DNA of 21,386 nt from Gammaproteobacteria bacterium (GCA_965221955.1 CBDCTA010000011.1:1-21386); one strand, 5' to 3'; numbered from the stretch's first letter, positions 1 to 6,863 are shown. Notes: a model not told the origin generated them from the letters alone. Numbers and translations: made by a program.

Positions 1-51
1 AACTAAATCATATTAATTCGATTAAGTGGCAATCTAAATTGTATTATTTTG

Positions 52-79
52 CTGTCTGCTTTCGGCCATTAGCGGACAT
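52..79 (+). repeat. 28-bp palindromic site S1
   Basis: CTGTCTGCTTT-CGGCCA-TTAGCGGACAT; 11-6-11 match to the family consensus. Confidence 0.9.
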
Positions 80-108
80 AAATTAATATGGAGTTTCCCA
101 AAATTTAG

Positions 109-570
109 TTACTGAATTTGAATCTCTTCAAGGTATAAAATTAGCTCAAATATGCGTCCTCGGACAAAAGTTCGACTAAATCTTTCATCAACATATAAAA
201 CACTTTCATGGTCAAAGCGATCACCCCATACAGGCATTGCTCTGGGACCATGCAATTTTAAATTGTCACTGCCTTCTATAGTTCTAAAGATCTTTCTGGT
301 TGGAAAAACACCTTTATTTTCCTGCTGTAGTAATGTCAGATTTACAGGTCTAACTGTGAGTTTTGATGCGTAAACACCATTACCTTTACCATTATCTCCA
401 TGGCACAATGCACATGAGCGCGTATATTCATCTTTACCTGCGGCAATCGCTTCTTGTAGTTCTTCACTATGCCCAAGGTTTGCAAATCCAAAGAATATGA
501 TCAGTGATAATCCTAGCGGCTTCATGATGCTTAAAGTCATACTCATCAACGAACTCCTTATTGATTTCAT
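109..570 (-). CDS. Periplasmic mono-heme c-type cytochrome
   Basis: Signal-peptide-like N-terminus, CxxCH motif (CALCH), candidate distal Met ligand in AMPVWG; true start may be a downstream Met. Confidence 0.88.
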   Translation of the reverse strand: MKSIRSSLMSMTLSIMKPLGLSLIIFFGFANLGHSEELQEAIAAGKDEYTRSCALCHGDNGKGNGVYASKLTVRPVNLTLLQQENKGVFPTRKIFRTIEGSDNLKLHGPRAMPVWGDRFDHESVLYVDERFSRTFVRGRIFELILYLEEIQIQ

Positions 571-719
571 TTACTCACACTATATATTTTCGAGTGCCAA
601 AATAAATATTTATTGAACATGATAACTATGCGACCTTCATCATCTTATGAGCTGGACAATCGGAACCCAATACCAATTAAATCTTTGTTCATATTCTTTC
701 AAAATCGTGCTTTTACTTC

Positions 720-747
720 ATGTCTACTTTCGTCCAATAGCAGACAT
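720..747 (+). repeat. 28-bp palindromic site S2
   Basis: ATGTCTACTTT-CGTCCA-ATAGCAGACAT. Confidence 0.85.
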
Positions 748-759
748 TCCTTATTAGAC

Positions 760-1014
760 TCATTTTTTCGCAGAGGGAGGATGTTTCATTTTCATATAAA
801 CGCCGCCTTTTTCTAATTCATTCAACATTTGATTAAGTCGTTTTTCCTTTGTTTCCTGCCTCTTTGCTTGGTTTATCCAACCTATATAATCATTCTGTTG
901 GTATGCTGGGCGTTGTTTATAGTCTCGTATTAAATTCCGTCCCTCCAAAGCTTTTTTCACAAAGCCAGGCATTGTATTACGTTTGCGTTTCAAATTAGAG
1001 AAACCTTTTTTCAT
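760..1014 (-). CDS. YdeI/OmpD-associated (bacteriocin-protection) family protein
   Basis: Motif YQQNDYIGWINQAKRQETKEKRLNQMLNEL is typical of this family. Confidence 0.8.
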   Translation of the reverse strand: MKKGFSNLKRKRNTMPGFVKKALEGRNLIRDYKQRPAYQQNDYIGWINQAKRQETKEKRLNQMLNELEKGGVYMKMKHPPSAKK

Positions 1015-1056
1015 ATCAAATATATTCTAACAATTATCATCATCATTAAAATACAA

Positions 1057-1084
1057 ATGTCCGCTTTGGGTCGTTAGCCGTCAT
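1057..1084 (+). repeat. 28-bp palindromic site S3
   Basis: ATGTCCGCTTT-GGGTCG-TTAGCCGTCAT. Confidence 0.95.
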
Positions 1085-1129
1085 TTTAAAATTGTAGTTT
1101 GTAGAAGCCAACCAGTTTCCACCATAATT

Positions 1130-1157
1130 TTGTCCGCTTTGGGTCATTAGCGGACAT
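1130..1157 (+). repeat. 28-bp palindromic site S4
   Basis: TTGTCCGCTTT-GGGTCA-TTAGCGGACAT; 45 bp after S3. Confidence 0.95.
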
Positions 1158-1173
1158 TTACTGAATATATATT

Positions 1174-2073
1174 TTAACTATCTGTCTTATTTAGTCCTTC
1201 AATATACATGTGCAAGTAAGTGTTGAATTGCTCAGGTGACTCTAGGTGTAAAAAATGACCGACATCTTTCATAATGACCGCATCATAATCTGCATATTTT
1301 TGATTTACTTCAACATTCGTTGGTGGAATCATGGGAGCAGGTTCTGCATTAATGGCCCGGATGGGTACACCTGCGTTTGAAAACATTTTGGGTAGGTCTA
1401 AATACGCATAATCTCTCAAAAGTGCGATCGCAACATTTGGATCTGCACTTGTCACCTTTTTTAGTATCCACTGCTGTAAGTTTGGGTCAATCAATTTACC
1501 GGATGCATCATTGAACATCGTTGTCAGTGTTCCTACAAAATCATTCTCAAATGCAGCGATCATTGCTTCTGCTTGTTCAGGAGGAAACTCATATTCCGCA
1601 TCGTGTAACGTATCTGCCGCGACTATTCCGATGACTTTATTTGGTAGCCGTCGTGCAACCTCTAAACTCACTGGACCCCCCATGGATTGTCCAACCAAAA
1701 TGATCCTGTTTAAATTTAGCTCATTGATGACTGCCACAACGTCTTGCGCTAATCCTGCAATTGTCCACGCTTCACGATTAGTTGATGACTTGCCATGACC
1801 ACCTAGGTCTAAGGTTACGACTTTATACTGATCATCAAACTCATCTATCTGTTCACGCCAAAATTCATGATTACAAGACCAACAGTGAACAAAAACAATT
1901 GCGGTATCACTCTGACCGCGAACCTCATAATAAATCGATACATCATCAGCAGATTTAACAATTCCAGTGGGCTCAATGAGATTTGATGCACATGATGTAA
2001 GCATTAAATACATCAATGTGAGATTTATTAGTTTTGTAAAATCTTTTAAACGCATAAAGTTAGGAAACATCAT
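1174..2073 (-). CDS. Alpha/beta fold hydrolase, probable lipoprotein
   Basis: FVHCWS oxyanion region, DLGGHG, nucleophile elbow GQSMGG, C-terminal GHF His; lipobox-like LTSC; start uncertain. Confidence 0.9.
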   Translation of the reverse strand: MMFPNFMRLKDFTKLINLTLMYLMLTSCASNLIEPTGIVKSADDVSIYYEVRGQSDTAIVFVHCWSCNHEFWREQIDEFDDQYKVVTLDLGGHGKSSTNREAWTIAGLAQDVVAVINELNLNRIILVGQSMGGPVSLEVARRLPNKVIGIVAADTLHDAEYEFPPEQAEAMIAAFENDFVGTLTTMFNDASGKLIDPNLQQWILKKVTSADPNVAIALLRDYAYLDLPKMFSNAGVPIRAINAEPAPMIPPTNVEVNQKYADYDAVIMKDVGHFLHLESPEQFNTYLHMYIEGLNKTDS

Positions 2074-2105
2074 TCACAATCATACAAGCATTCTCTTTTC
2101 ATAGA

Positions 2106-2600
2106 TTAAGATCGCTTAGCATAATGATAGAGGTCATAAAATTGATCGTTTTTATAAACCTCATTCTTTAGAACACCTTCTAATTCGTAGTCGCATTTTT
2201 CAAGGACACGCATCGAAATACTATTTGGAGCCAAAACAGGGGCGAATAGTTTCTTATACTTTAAATGTTCAAATACGTACTCTGTCATTTTCTGTAGAGC
2301 CTGTGTTGCAATTCCTCTACCCCAATATTCTTCTCCAATCCAATAGCCAATTTCCGCAATATGGCTTTTCCAACCTAACTGAGGAGTAATACCAATACTG
2401 CCAACGAATTCATTCTTATATTCAATGACTTTGGTTATTGCATCATTTTCATGACAACCTGTACTAATCCACCATTCTGCATCTTTACGTGTATAGGGAT
2501 AAGGAAATGTATATATCAGGTATTTAGAAACTTTTTCATTGTTCGCTAAGATAACTAATCGATCAATGTCTTTAACAGTATATTCTCTGAAAGAAAGCAT
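2106..2600 (-). CDS. GNAT N-acetyltransferase, RimJ/RimL family
   Basis: AEIGYWIGEEYWGRGIAT and NSISMRVLEKCDYELEG motifs. Confidence 0.92.
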   Translation of the reverse strand: MLSFREYTVKDIDRLVILANNEKVSKYLIYTFPYPYTRKDAEWWISTGCHENDAITKVIEYKNEFVGSIGITPQLGWKSHIAEIGYWIGEEYWGRGIATQALQKMTEYVFEHLKYKKLFAPVLAPNSISMRVLEKCDYELEGVLKNEVYKNDQFYDLYHYAKRS

Positions 2601-2616
2601 TCTTAAATGTATTTAA

Positions 2617-2644
2617 ATGTCCGCTTTGGGTCGTTAATGGCCAT
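2617..2644 (+). repeat. 28-bp palindromic site S5
   Basis: ATGTCCGCTTT-GGGTCG-TTAATGGCCAT. Confidence 0.92.
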
Positions 2645-2699
2645 TTTGATCGTGTTATTTATTAAATCCAACCTGAATTTCTCATTAGTGACTTAAGCT

Positions 2700-2727
2700 A
2701 TGTCCGCTTTCGACTATAAGCGGACAT
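2700..2727 (+). repeat. 28-bp palindromic site S6
   Basis: ATGTCCGCTTT-CGACTA-TAAGCGGACAT; 55 bp after S5. Confidence 0.95.
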
Positions 2728-2768
2728 TTTAGGCTACTAGTATTTGTAATTAGTTATCTACTTAGAAA

Positions 2769-3056
2769 CTATAAAATATGGCGACGAATTAAAATCCAAG
2801 CAAGCGGCAGTAACGCAATCAAAGCCGATATTATTAATGAAGTGCTAAACGTGCCTTCTCGCGCTTCAATAATACACTGATATACAGCTATTCCTGCAAT
2901 TACAAAGCTGAGCAACACCGATATGAGAAACAATGGTGCTGTAGACCATGCACCCCATCCATCATAATTGCGAACATACAATTCAATTCCAACAAGAACT
3001 GAAACAGGAACCAAGCAAAGAAATTCTAGTATATGCTTTCGGCCAATAGCGGTCAT
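2769..3056 (-). CDS. Hypothetical membrane protein (about 3 TM helices)
   Basis: Three hydrophobic segments; ATG and first 9 codons lie inside site S7. Confidence 0.7.
   Translation of the reverse strand: MTAIGRKHILEFLCLVPVSVLVGIELYVRNYDGWGAWSTAPLFLISVLLSFVIAGIAVYQCIIEAREGTFSTSLIISALIALLPLAWILIRRHIL
3029..3056 (+). repeat. 28-bp palindromic site S7 (left arm degenerate, overlaps two ORFs)
   Basis: GTATATGCTTT-CGGCCA-ATAGCGGTCAT. Confidence 0.85.
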
Positions 3057-3253
3057 TCGAAAAATCCATAGAATATCATTGCGATACCTATCATTATGAG
3101 CAAGAACGATGGAACAGTAATTTTATCTTCTGGGTTTGATAATGTGGGTTCGGGGAAATTAAGGCCAGATTGATACCACATGTACGCACCATAAAGTATC
3201 AAGATAAATCCACAAACAGTGATTAGAAATCTTATTAATTCGTTTCTATTCAT
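3053..3253 (-). CDS. Small hypothetical membrane protein (2 TM helices)
   Basis: Two hydrophobic segments; stop TGA is inside site S7. Confidence 0.65.
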   Translation of the reverse strand: MNRNELIRFLITVCGFILILYGAYMWYQSGLNFPEPTLSNPEDKITVPSFLLIMIGIAMIFYGFFE

Positions 3254-3273
3254 TTGAAATAATATTTACATAA

Positions 3274-3301
3274 ATGTCCGCTTTGGGTCATTAGTGGTCA
3301 T
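3274..3301 (+). repeat. 28-bp palindromic site S8
   Basis: ATGTCCGCTTT-GGGTCA-TTAGTGGTCAT. Confidence 0.95.
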
Positions 3302-3318
3302 TAGATAGTTATTAATAA

Positions 3319-3642
3319 TCATTTGTACTTACTATGTTCCCAATGCCAATAATTATCTAAACATTCATAATCAGATAATTCTACTGTTTCGCTAAGCTTT
3401 GTCTCAATAAAGCTATTCAATTTTTCAATCAAATCTTCGATGCCTTCCCATTTCTCTATAAGAAAAACATCATGTTTATCAGCTAATTTTTTTATTGAAA
3501 TTGGTGTGCACAACTGAAGATAAAAGCTATCTCCTGTGTTATTTTCGCCCACATTGATTACAGCTGAAGCAACAAAGTCCAATGGATCATCTGGCTCCCA
3601 ATCAGCTTTTTCATTAATAGATATATTTAAAATTTTGAGCAT
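3319..3642 (-). CDS. Imm8-like immunity protein (polymorphic toxin systems)
   Basis: WEPDDPLDF...GDSFYLQLCTP...YWHWE pattern and size resemble Immunity protein 8. Confidence 0.65.
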   Translation of the reverse strand: MLKILNISINEKADWEPDDPLDFVASAVINVGENNTGDSFYLQLCTPISIKKLADKHDVFLIEKWEGIEDLIEKLNSFIETKLSETVELSDYECLDNYWHWEHSKYK

Positions 3643-3659
3643 CAGGACTTAATAAATTA

Positions 3660-3687
3660 ATGTCTGCTTTGGGTCGTTAGTAGTCAT
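3660..3687 (+). repeat. 28-bp palindromic site S9
   Basis: ATGTCTGCTTT-GGGTCG-TTAGTAGTCAT. Confidence 0.92.
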
Positions 3688-3742
3688 TTTGAAGCTTTGT
3701 TTTGAAGATTCCAACCTGACTTCCCTTAAATTTATCTAAATT

Positions 3743-3770
3743 ATGTCCGCTTTTGGCCAATAATGGATAT
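3743..3770 (+). repeat. 28-bp palindromic site S10
   Basis: ATGTCCGCTTT-TGGCCA-ATAATGGATAT; 55 bp after S9. Confidence 0.88.
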
Positions 3771-3792
3771 TTTCAATTTTACATTAAGACAT

Positions 3793-3822
3793 AAAAAAGC
3801 CTCGATTCTATGACCGAGGCTT
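3793..3822 (-). terminator. Rho-independent terminator after the Met-rich protein gene
   Basis: Minus strand reads AAGCCTCGGT-CATAGA-ATCGAGGCTT followed by a T run. Confidence 0.8.
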
Positions 3823-3898
3823 CTTGTGAGGATGGATTATTACTCTACTCTAATTTTGAGAGATAAGTTTTAATCCTATTGCTTCCTGCAATTCTTTA

Positions 3899-4519
3899 TT
3901 ATTTAGTCGCCATGTTATCTGCAACGATAGGAGCTTGAAATCCTGCAAACATTTGCTGGAACCAATCAGGGTTTGTCATGGCTGCTGCACTTTCTTGTTG
4001 CCATTTTGGATCCATCACCTTGAACATTGGTTGATAGGTTTGTGGATTCATTGATACATTCATCCATTGTGTATAGTACGCAGGATTCATAAATGCATAA
4101 AATGGCTGATAGAACTGAGGGTTCATAGAAGCCGCCATCCAGTTAGTATACATCTGTGGATTCATAAACTGAGCCATCATAGCTGACCATGCTGCAGGAT
4201 TACTGTAGTACGCCATGACTTTATTCCAGGTCTCAGGCTTCATTGAACATTCCATCATGTTTGGTGCTGATTGAGGATTGCTCATAATCATCATCATTTC
4301 AGTGAACTTTGATGGGTCGGCCATTGTTTCAGCAAACACAACTGGGTCTAGATACTTTTCTAGTTTGCAATCCGTTGTAGCAATGGCTTGAGTTTCTTCT
4401 TTCGCCACTTCTTGGTCACTGCTAGCGGATGCGACAGCATAGACACTGAGAGCAATCATTACCGCACTGAGTACCGATATGTACATTGTTTTAGTAAGTT
4501 TCATTTTAGTTACCTTCAT
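3899..4519 (-). CDS. Secreted Met-rich MNP-repeat hypothetical protein
   Basis: Signal peptide ending near AVA-SA; about 10 units of 11-13 aa built on M-N/D-P. Confidence 0.8.
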   Translation of the reverse strand: MKVTKMKLTKTMYISVLSAVMIALSVYAVASASSDQEVAKEETQAIATTDCKLEKYLDPVVFAETMADPSKFTEMMMIMSNPQSAPNMMECSMKPETWNKVMAYYSNPAAWSAMMAQFMNPQMYTNWMAASMNPQFYQPFYAFMNPAYYTQWMNVSMNPQTYQPMFKVMDPKWQQESAAAMTNPDWFQQMFAGFQAPIVADNMATK

Positions 4520-4564
4520 TAAAGTTAGTGAATAAATTGATTTAAATATCTCGATTTTTCATGA

Positions 4565-4762
4565 TTAGTTGTACTGACCTGCTTCAAGTGAAGAATAAAA
4601 TTGAAGGGGTTCAGATGAAAAAGGTTCTTGCATTAGATATTGATTTGATTGCATGTGGGCAACTTTCATTTCTTCAGGCAATACGATCTGATTGGCAAAG
4701 ATTGTCAATGCCAAAGTAGTTAATCCAAGAAATACAATTGTTCGAAATGACGCAATTTTCAT
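4565..4762 (-). CDS. Small hypothetical exported or membrane-anchored protein
   Basis: 65 aa, N-terminal hydrophobic helix, AGGA SD-like sequence upstream, co-oriented with 3899..4519. Confidence 0.55.
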   Translation of the reverse strand: MKIASFRTIVFLGLTTLALTIFANQIVLPEEMKVAHMQSNQYLMQEPFSSEPLQFYSSLEAGQYN

Positions 4763-5060
4763 AATTTAGAATCCTAAAAAGTAGTTACTTACCTTGCTAA
4801 GGCATTTTGCGCCTTATACAAAGTTCAATAATTACAACAATTTTTAGACCAACCTTGTCTGATTAAGCGGCTTGGCTCAGCTTTAGTGAAAATTTACACC
4901 AGCCGAGCTCATCCTTGCTGGCACGTATAGTACATTTGATTTAAAGTGCAACAACTGCTCTATTGGTATATTAGGATATACTAATAGAGATAACGTGAGG
5001 CTTTAGTGTTCTAGCCTCTCAGTTACGTTGTCATAGGTGGCAGTAAAATTAATTTTGCTG

Positions 5061-5088
5061 ATGTCTGCTTTGGGTCGTTAACAGTCAT
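5061..5088 (+). repeat. 28-bp palindromic site S11
   Basis: ATGTCTGCTTT-GGGTCG-TTAACAGTCAT. Confidence 0.9.
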
Positions 5089-5133
5089 ATTGAACGTGTT
5101 ATTAATTGATTCCAACACATTGTGTCCCTTATT

Positions 5134-5167
5134 TTGTCCGCTTTCCTTTCGGCCAATAAGCGGTCAT
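5134..5167 (+). repeat. Site S12 with internal 5-bp duplication
   Basis: TTGTCCG-CTTTC-CTTTC-GGCCA-ATAAGCGGTCAT; 45 bp after S11. Confidence 0.85.
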
Positions 5168-5261
5168 CTACGTTAAGCCGCAACATAAATAGCCACAGCA
5201 ATTGTGGTATGAAAGCTTGACTAACCAGGTTTATTGAACAAAAAAATTTACAACACCTATA

Positions 5262-5573
5262 TTAAAATTTATCTAATCTGAATACCTGAGCATTGCTTAG
5301 ATACATAACTATTGCGTAATTTTCGAAATATTTATCCTTTAAGTAAGATGAGATTTGTTTAGCTAATTCGATATTGCATATTATTTCAATACGAATATTG
5401 CTTTCTGTTTCCCAGCCGCCCATTCGTGAGCCGCGACGACCTTTTCCACGCGCATTGACTATCGTGTAACCATTTACACCCAATGTTTCAAAATCATCTA
5501 CTAAAGAAGACTCGATAGTTGCTTCAGTTATTATTGTTAGAACTTTAATATTGTGAATATTTTCAGTAGCCAT
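5262..5573 (-). CDS. sbtB: P-II-like regulator (SbtB-type)
   Basis: LTIITEA...LGVNGYTIVNARGKGRRG...NIRIEII P-II-like pattern, directly downstream of an SbtA-family gene. Confidence 0.8.
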   Translation of the reverse strand: MATENIHNIKVLTIITEATIESSLVDDFETLGVNGYTIVNARGKGRRGSRMGGWETESNIRIEIICNIELAKQISSYLKDKYFENYAIVMYLSNAQVFRLDKF

Positions 5574-5578
5574 GAACT

Positions 5579-6520
5579 TTATCCTATAGTGACACTATAC
5601 AAAAACTTAGCCAGTGATAAATATATTGGAATTCCAAAAATAACATTAAACGAAAATGTAATCCCAAGTGAGGCAGTAAGTGATAGAGTAGGATTTGCTT
5701 CAGGAACAGAAATACGCATAGCCGCTGGTACTGCAATATATGATGCGCTTGCTGCCAAAGTCGCCAACATACCAATGCCTCCGATTGATAATCCTAAAAG
5801 TAAACCGATAAAGCTTCCTATGACTGCGGAGAATAAAGGCATAAGGATTCCAAAAATAGCCAAAAATAGACCATGATCTTTCAACGCACCTACTTGCATA
5901 GCTGCAATCAGCCCCATTTCAAGCAAAAAGATTGCAAGCACCCCTTTGAATAAATCAAAAAATAGTGGTTGTATCGATGATATTCCATCTGGCCCTGCTA
6001 TCCATCCAATTAGTAAACCACCAACTAACAGTATAATTCCTTTGCCAAGAAAAACTTCATGAAACACAAATGACCACTGTGTGTCTCTAGAAATTCCTTT
6101 TGCAAGAATAATTCCAACCAAAATTGCAGGAATTTCCAGAAGAACTAAAAGTAAAGGCATGTGCTCTTCGTAGAAAATATTTCTAGTCCCATAATAGGCT
6201 ACTGCTACCGCAAAAGTGCCGACACTTACAGACCCATAGTGAGCGGCAATAGATGCTGCATCTGCCTTTTTAAATTTTCCCAAAAAACGCAATACTGGAA
6301 ATGCAATCAATGTCAAAATTGATCCCATAAAAATTACAGCCAACATATCTGGAATAAGACTAATGAGAGATTGCTTTGCTAGCTCAACTCCACCTTTCAA
6401 CCCAATTGAGATAAGAAGTAGAAAACTAATAAATTCATAAATCTGTGTGGGCAATCGCAATGGAGAGCGAAAGATTCCAGCTAAAAATCCCAGTAAAAAA
6501 AATAAGATGATAGGATCGAT
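5579..6520 (-). CDS. sbtA: Sodium-dependent bicarbonate transporter family permease (SbtA-type)
   Basis: IGLKGG, IAAHYGSVSVGTF, AASASYIAVPAAMR motifs; frame stays open upstream of the ORF-track start (6460) through DPIILFFLLG to an ATC at 6520 with an SD. Confidence 0.9.
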   Translation of the reverse strand: MDPIILFFLLGFLAGIFRSPLRLPTQIYEFISFLLLISIGLKGGVELAKQSLISLIPDMLAVIFMGSILTLIAFPVLRFLGKFKKADAASIAAHYGSVSVGTFAVAVAYYGTRNIFYEEHMPLLLVLLEIPAILVGIILAKGISRDTQWSFVFHEVFLGKGIILLVGGLLIGWIAGPDGISSIQPLFFDLFKGVLAIFLLEMGLIAAMQVGALKDHGLFLAIFGILMPLFSAVIGSFIGLLLGLSIGGIGMLATLAASASYIAVPAAMRISVPEANPTLSLTASLGITFSFNVIFGIPIYLSLAKFLYSVTIG

Positions 6521-6564
6521 GATTATTCCTTTTATTTTTTCAATTCAACATGCTTTTAAATTTA

Positions 6565-6592
6565 ATGTCCGCCTTGGGTCGTAAGCAGTCAT
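6565..6592 (+). repeat. 28-bp palindromic site S13
   Basis: ATGTCCGCCTT-GGGTCG-TAAGCAGTCAT. Confidence 0.9.
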
Positions 6593-6804
6593 CCTATATA
6601 ACCTCTAAACTCTAATTGAGCATTTCTTTGTATTTGCTTTAATCGTTCAATTCTAATTTGTAGTTGACTGCTACGGTCATATTCTTGCTTATATAAATGG
6701 ATGTAGTCATTTAATTCTTCATTCGTTTGCAGCAATGCTTGTCGAAGCTCGCCAAGTGTCATATCTTGCATCTTTTTTCTAAGAAGCTTTCGTAAAGTGG
6801 TCAT
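6589..6804 (-). CDS. Small coiled-coil hypothetical protein
   Basis: 71 aa with heptad-like Leu spacing; stop TGA falls inside site S13. Confidence 0.55.
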   Translation of the reverse strand: MTTLRKLLRKKMQDMTLGELRQALLQTNEELNDYIHLYKQEYDRSSQLQIRIERLKQIQRNAQLEFRGYIG

Positions 6805-6863
6805 TATGCATCCAATCTTATTGTTATCTCTTCTTACAAGAATTTATATAACTTAGGTTTTAA

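Noticed and set aside
628-664. Possible decayed partner site upstream of S2 (GAGCTGGACAAT)
   Set aside because: Only a partial right-arm resemblance; no left arm and no CCAAC at the expected offset.
1057-1157. Doublets as integron attC sites
   Set aside because: GTT precedes AAC on both strands, the reverse of the RYYYAAC...GTTRRRY order. There is no long attC-type hairpin with L boxes, single 28-bp copies also separate genes, and no intI is visible.
2617-2727. Doublets as REP/REPIN or MITE elements
   Set aside because: Units are in direct rather than inverted orientation, lack the GTAG/GGAG REP tetranucleotide, show no target-site duplication, and no RAYT is present. Not fully excluded without a genome-wide scan.
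4919-4935. Sigma-54 promoter (TGGCACG...)
   Set aside because: No TTGC at -12, and it points away from the adjacent minus-strand genes.
52-6592. 28-bp repeats as a CRISPR array
   Set aside because: Spacing is irregular (45 bp to more than 1.4 kb), intervals contain whole genes, copies are too divergent, and no cas genes are present.
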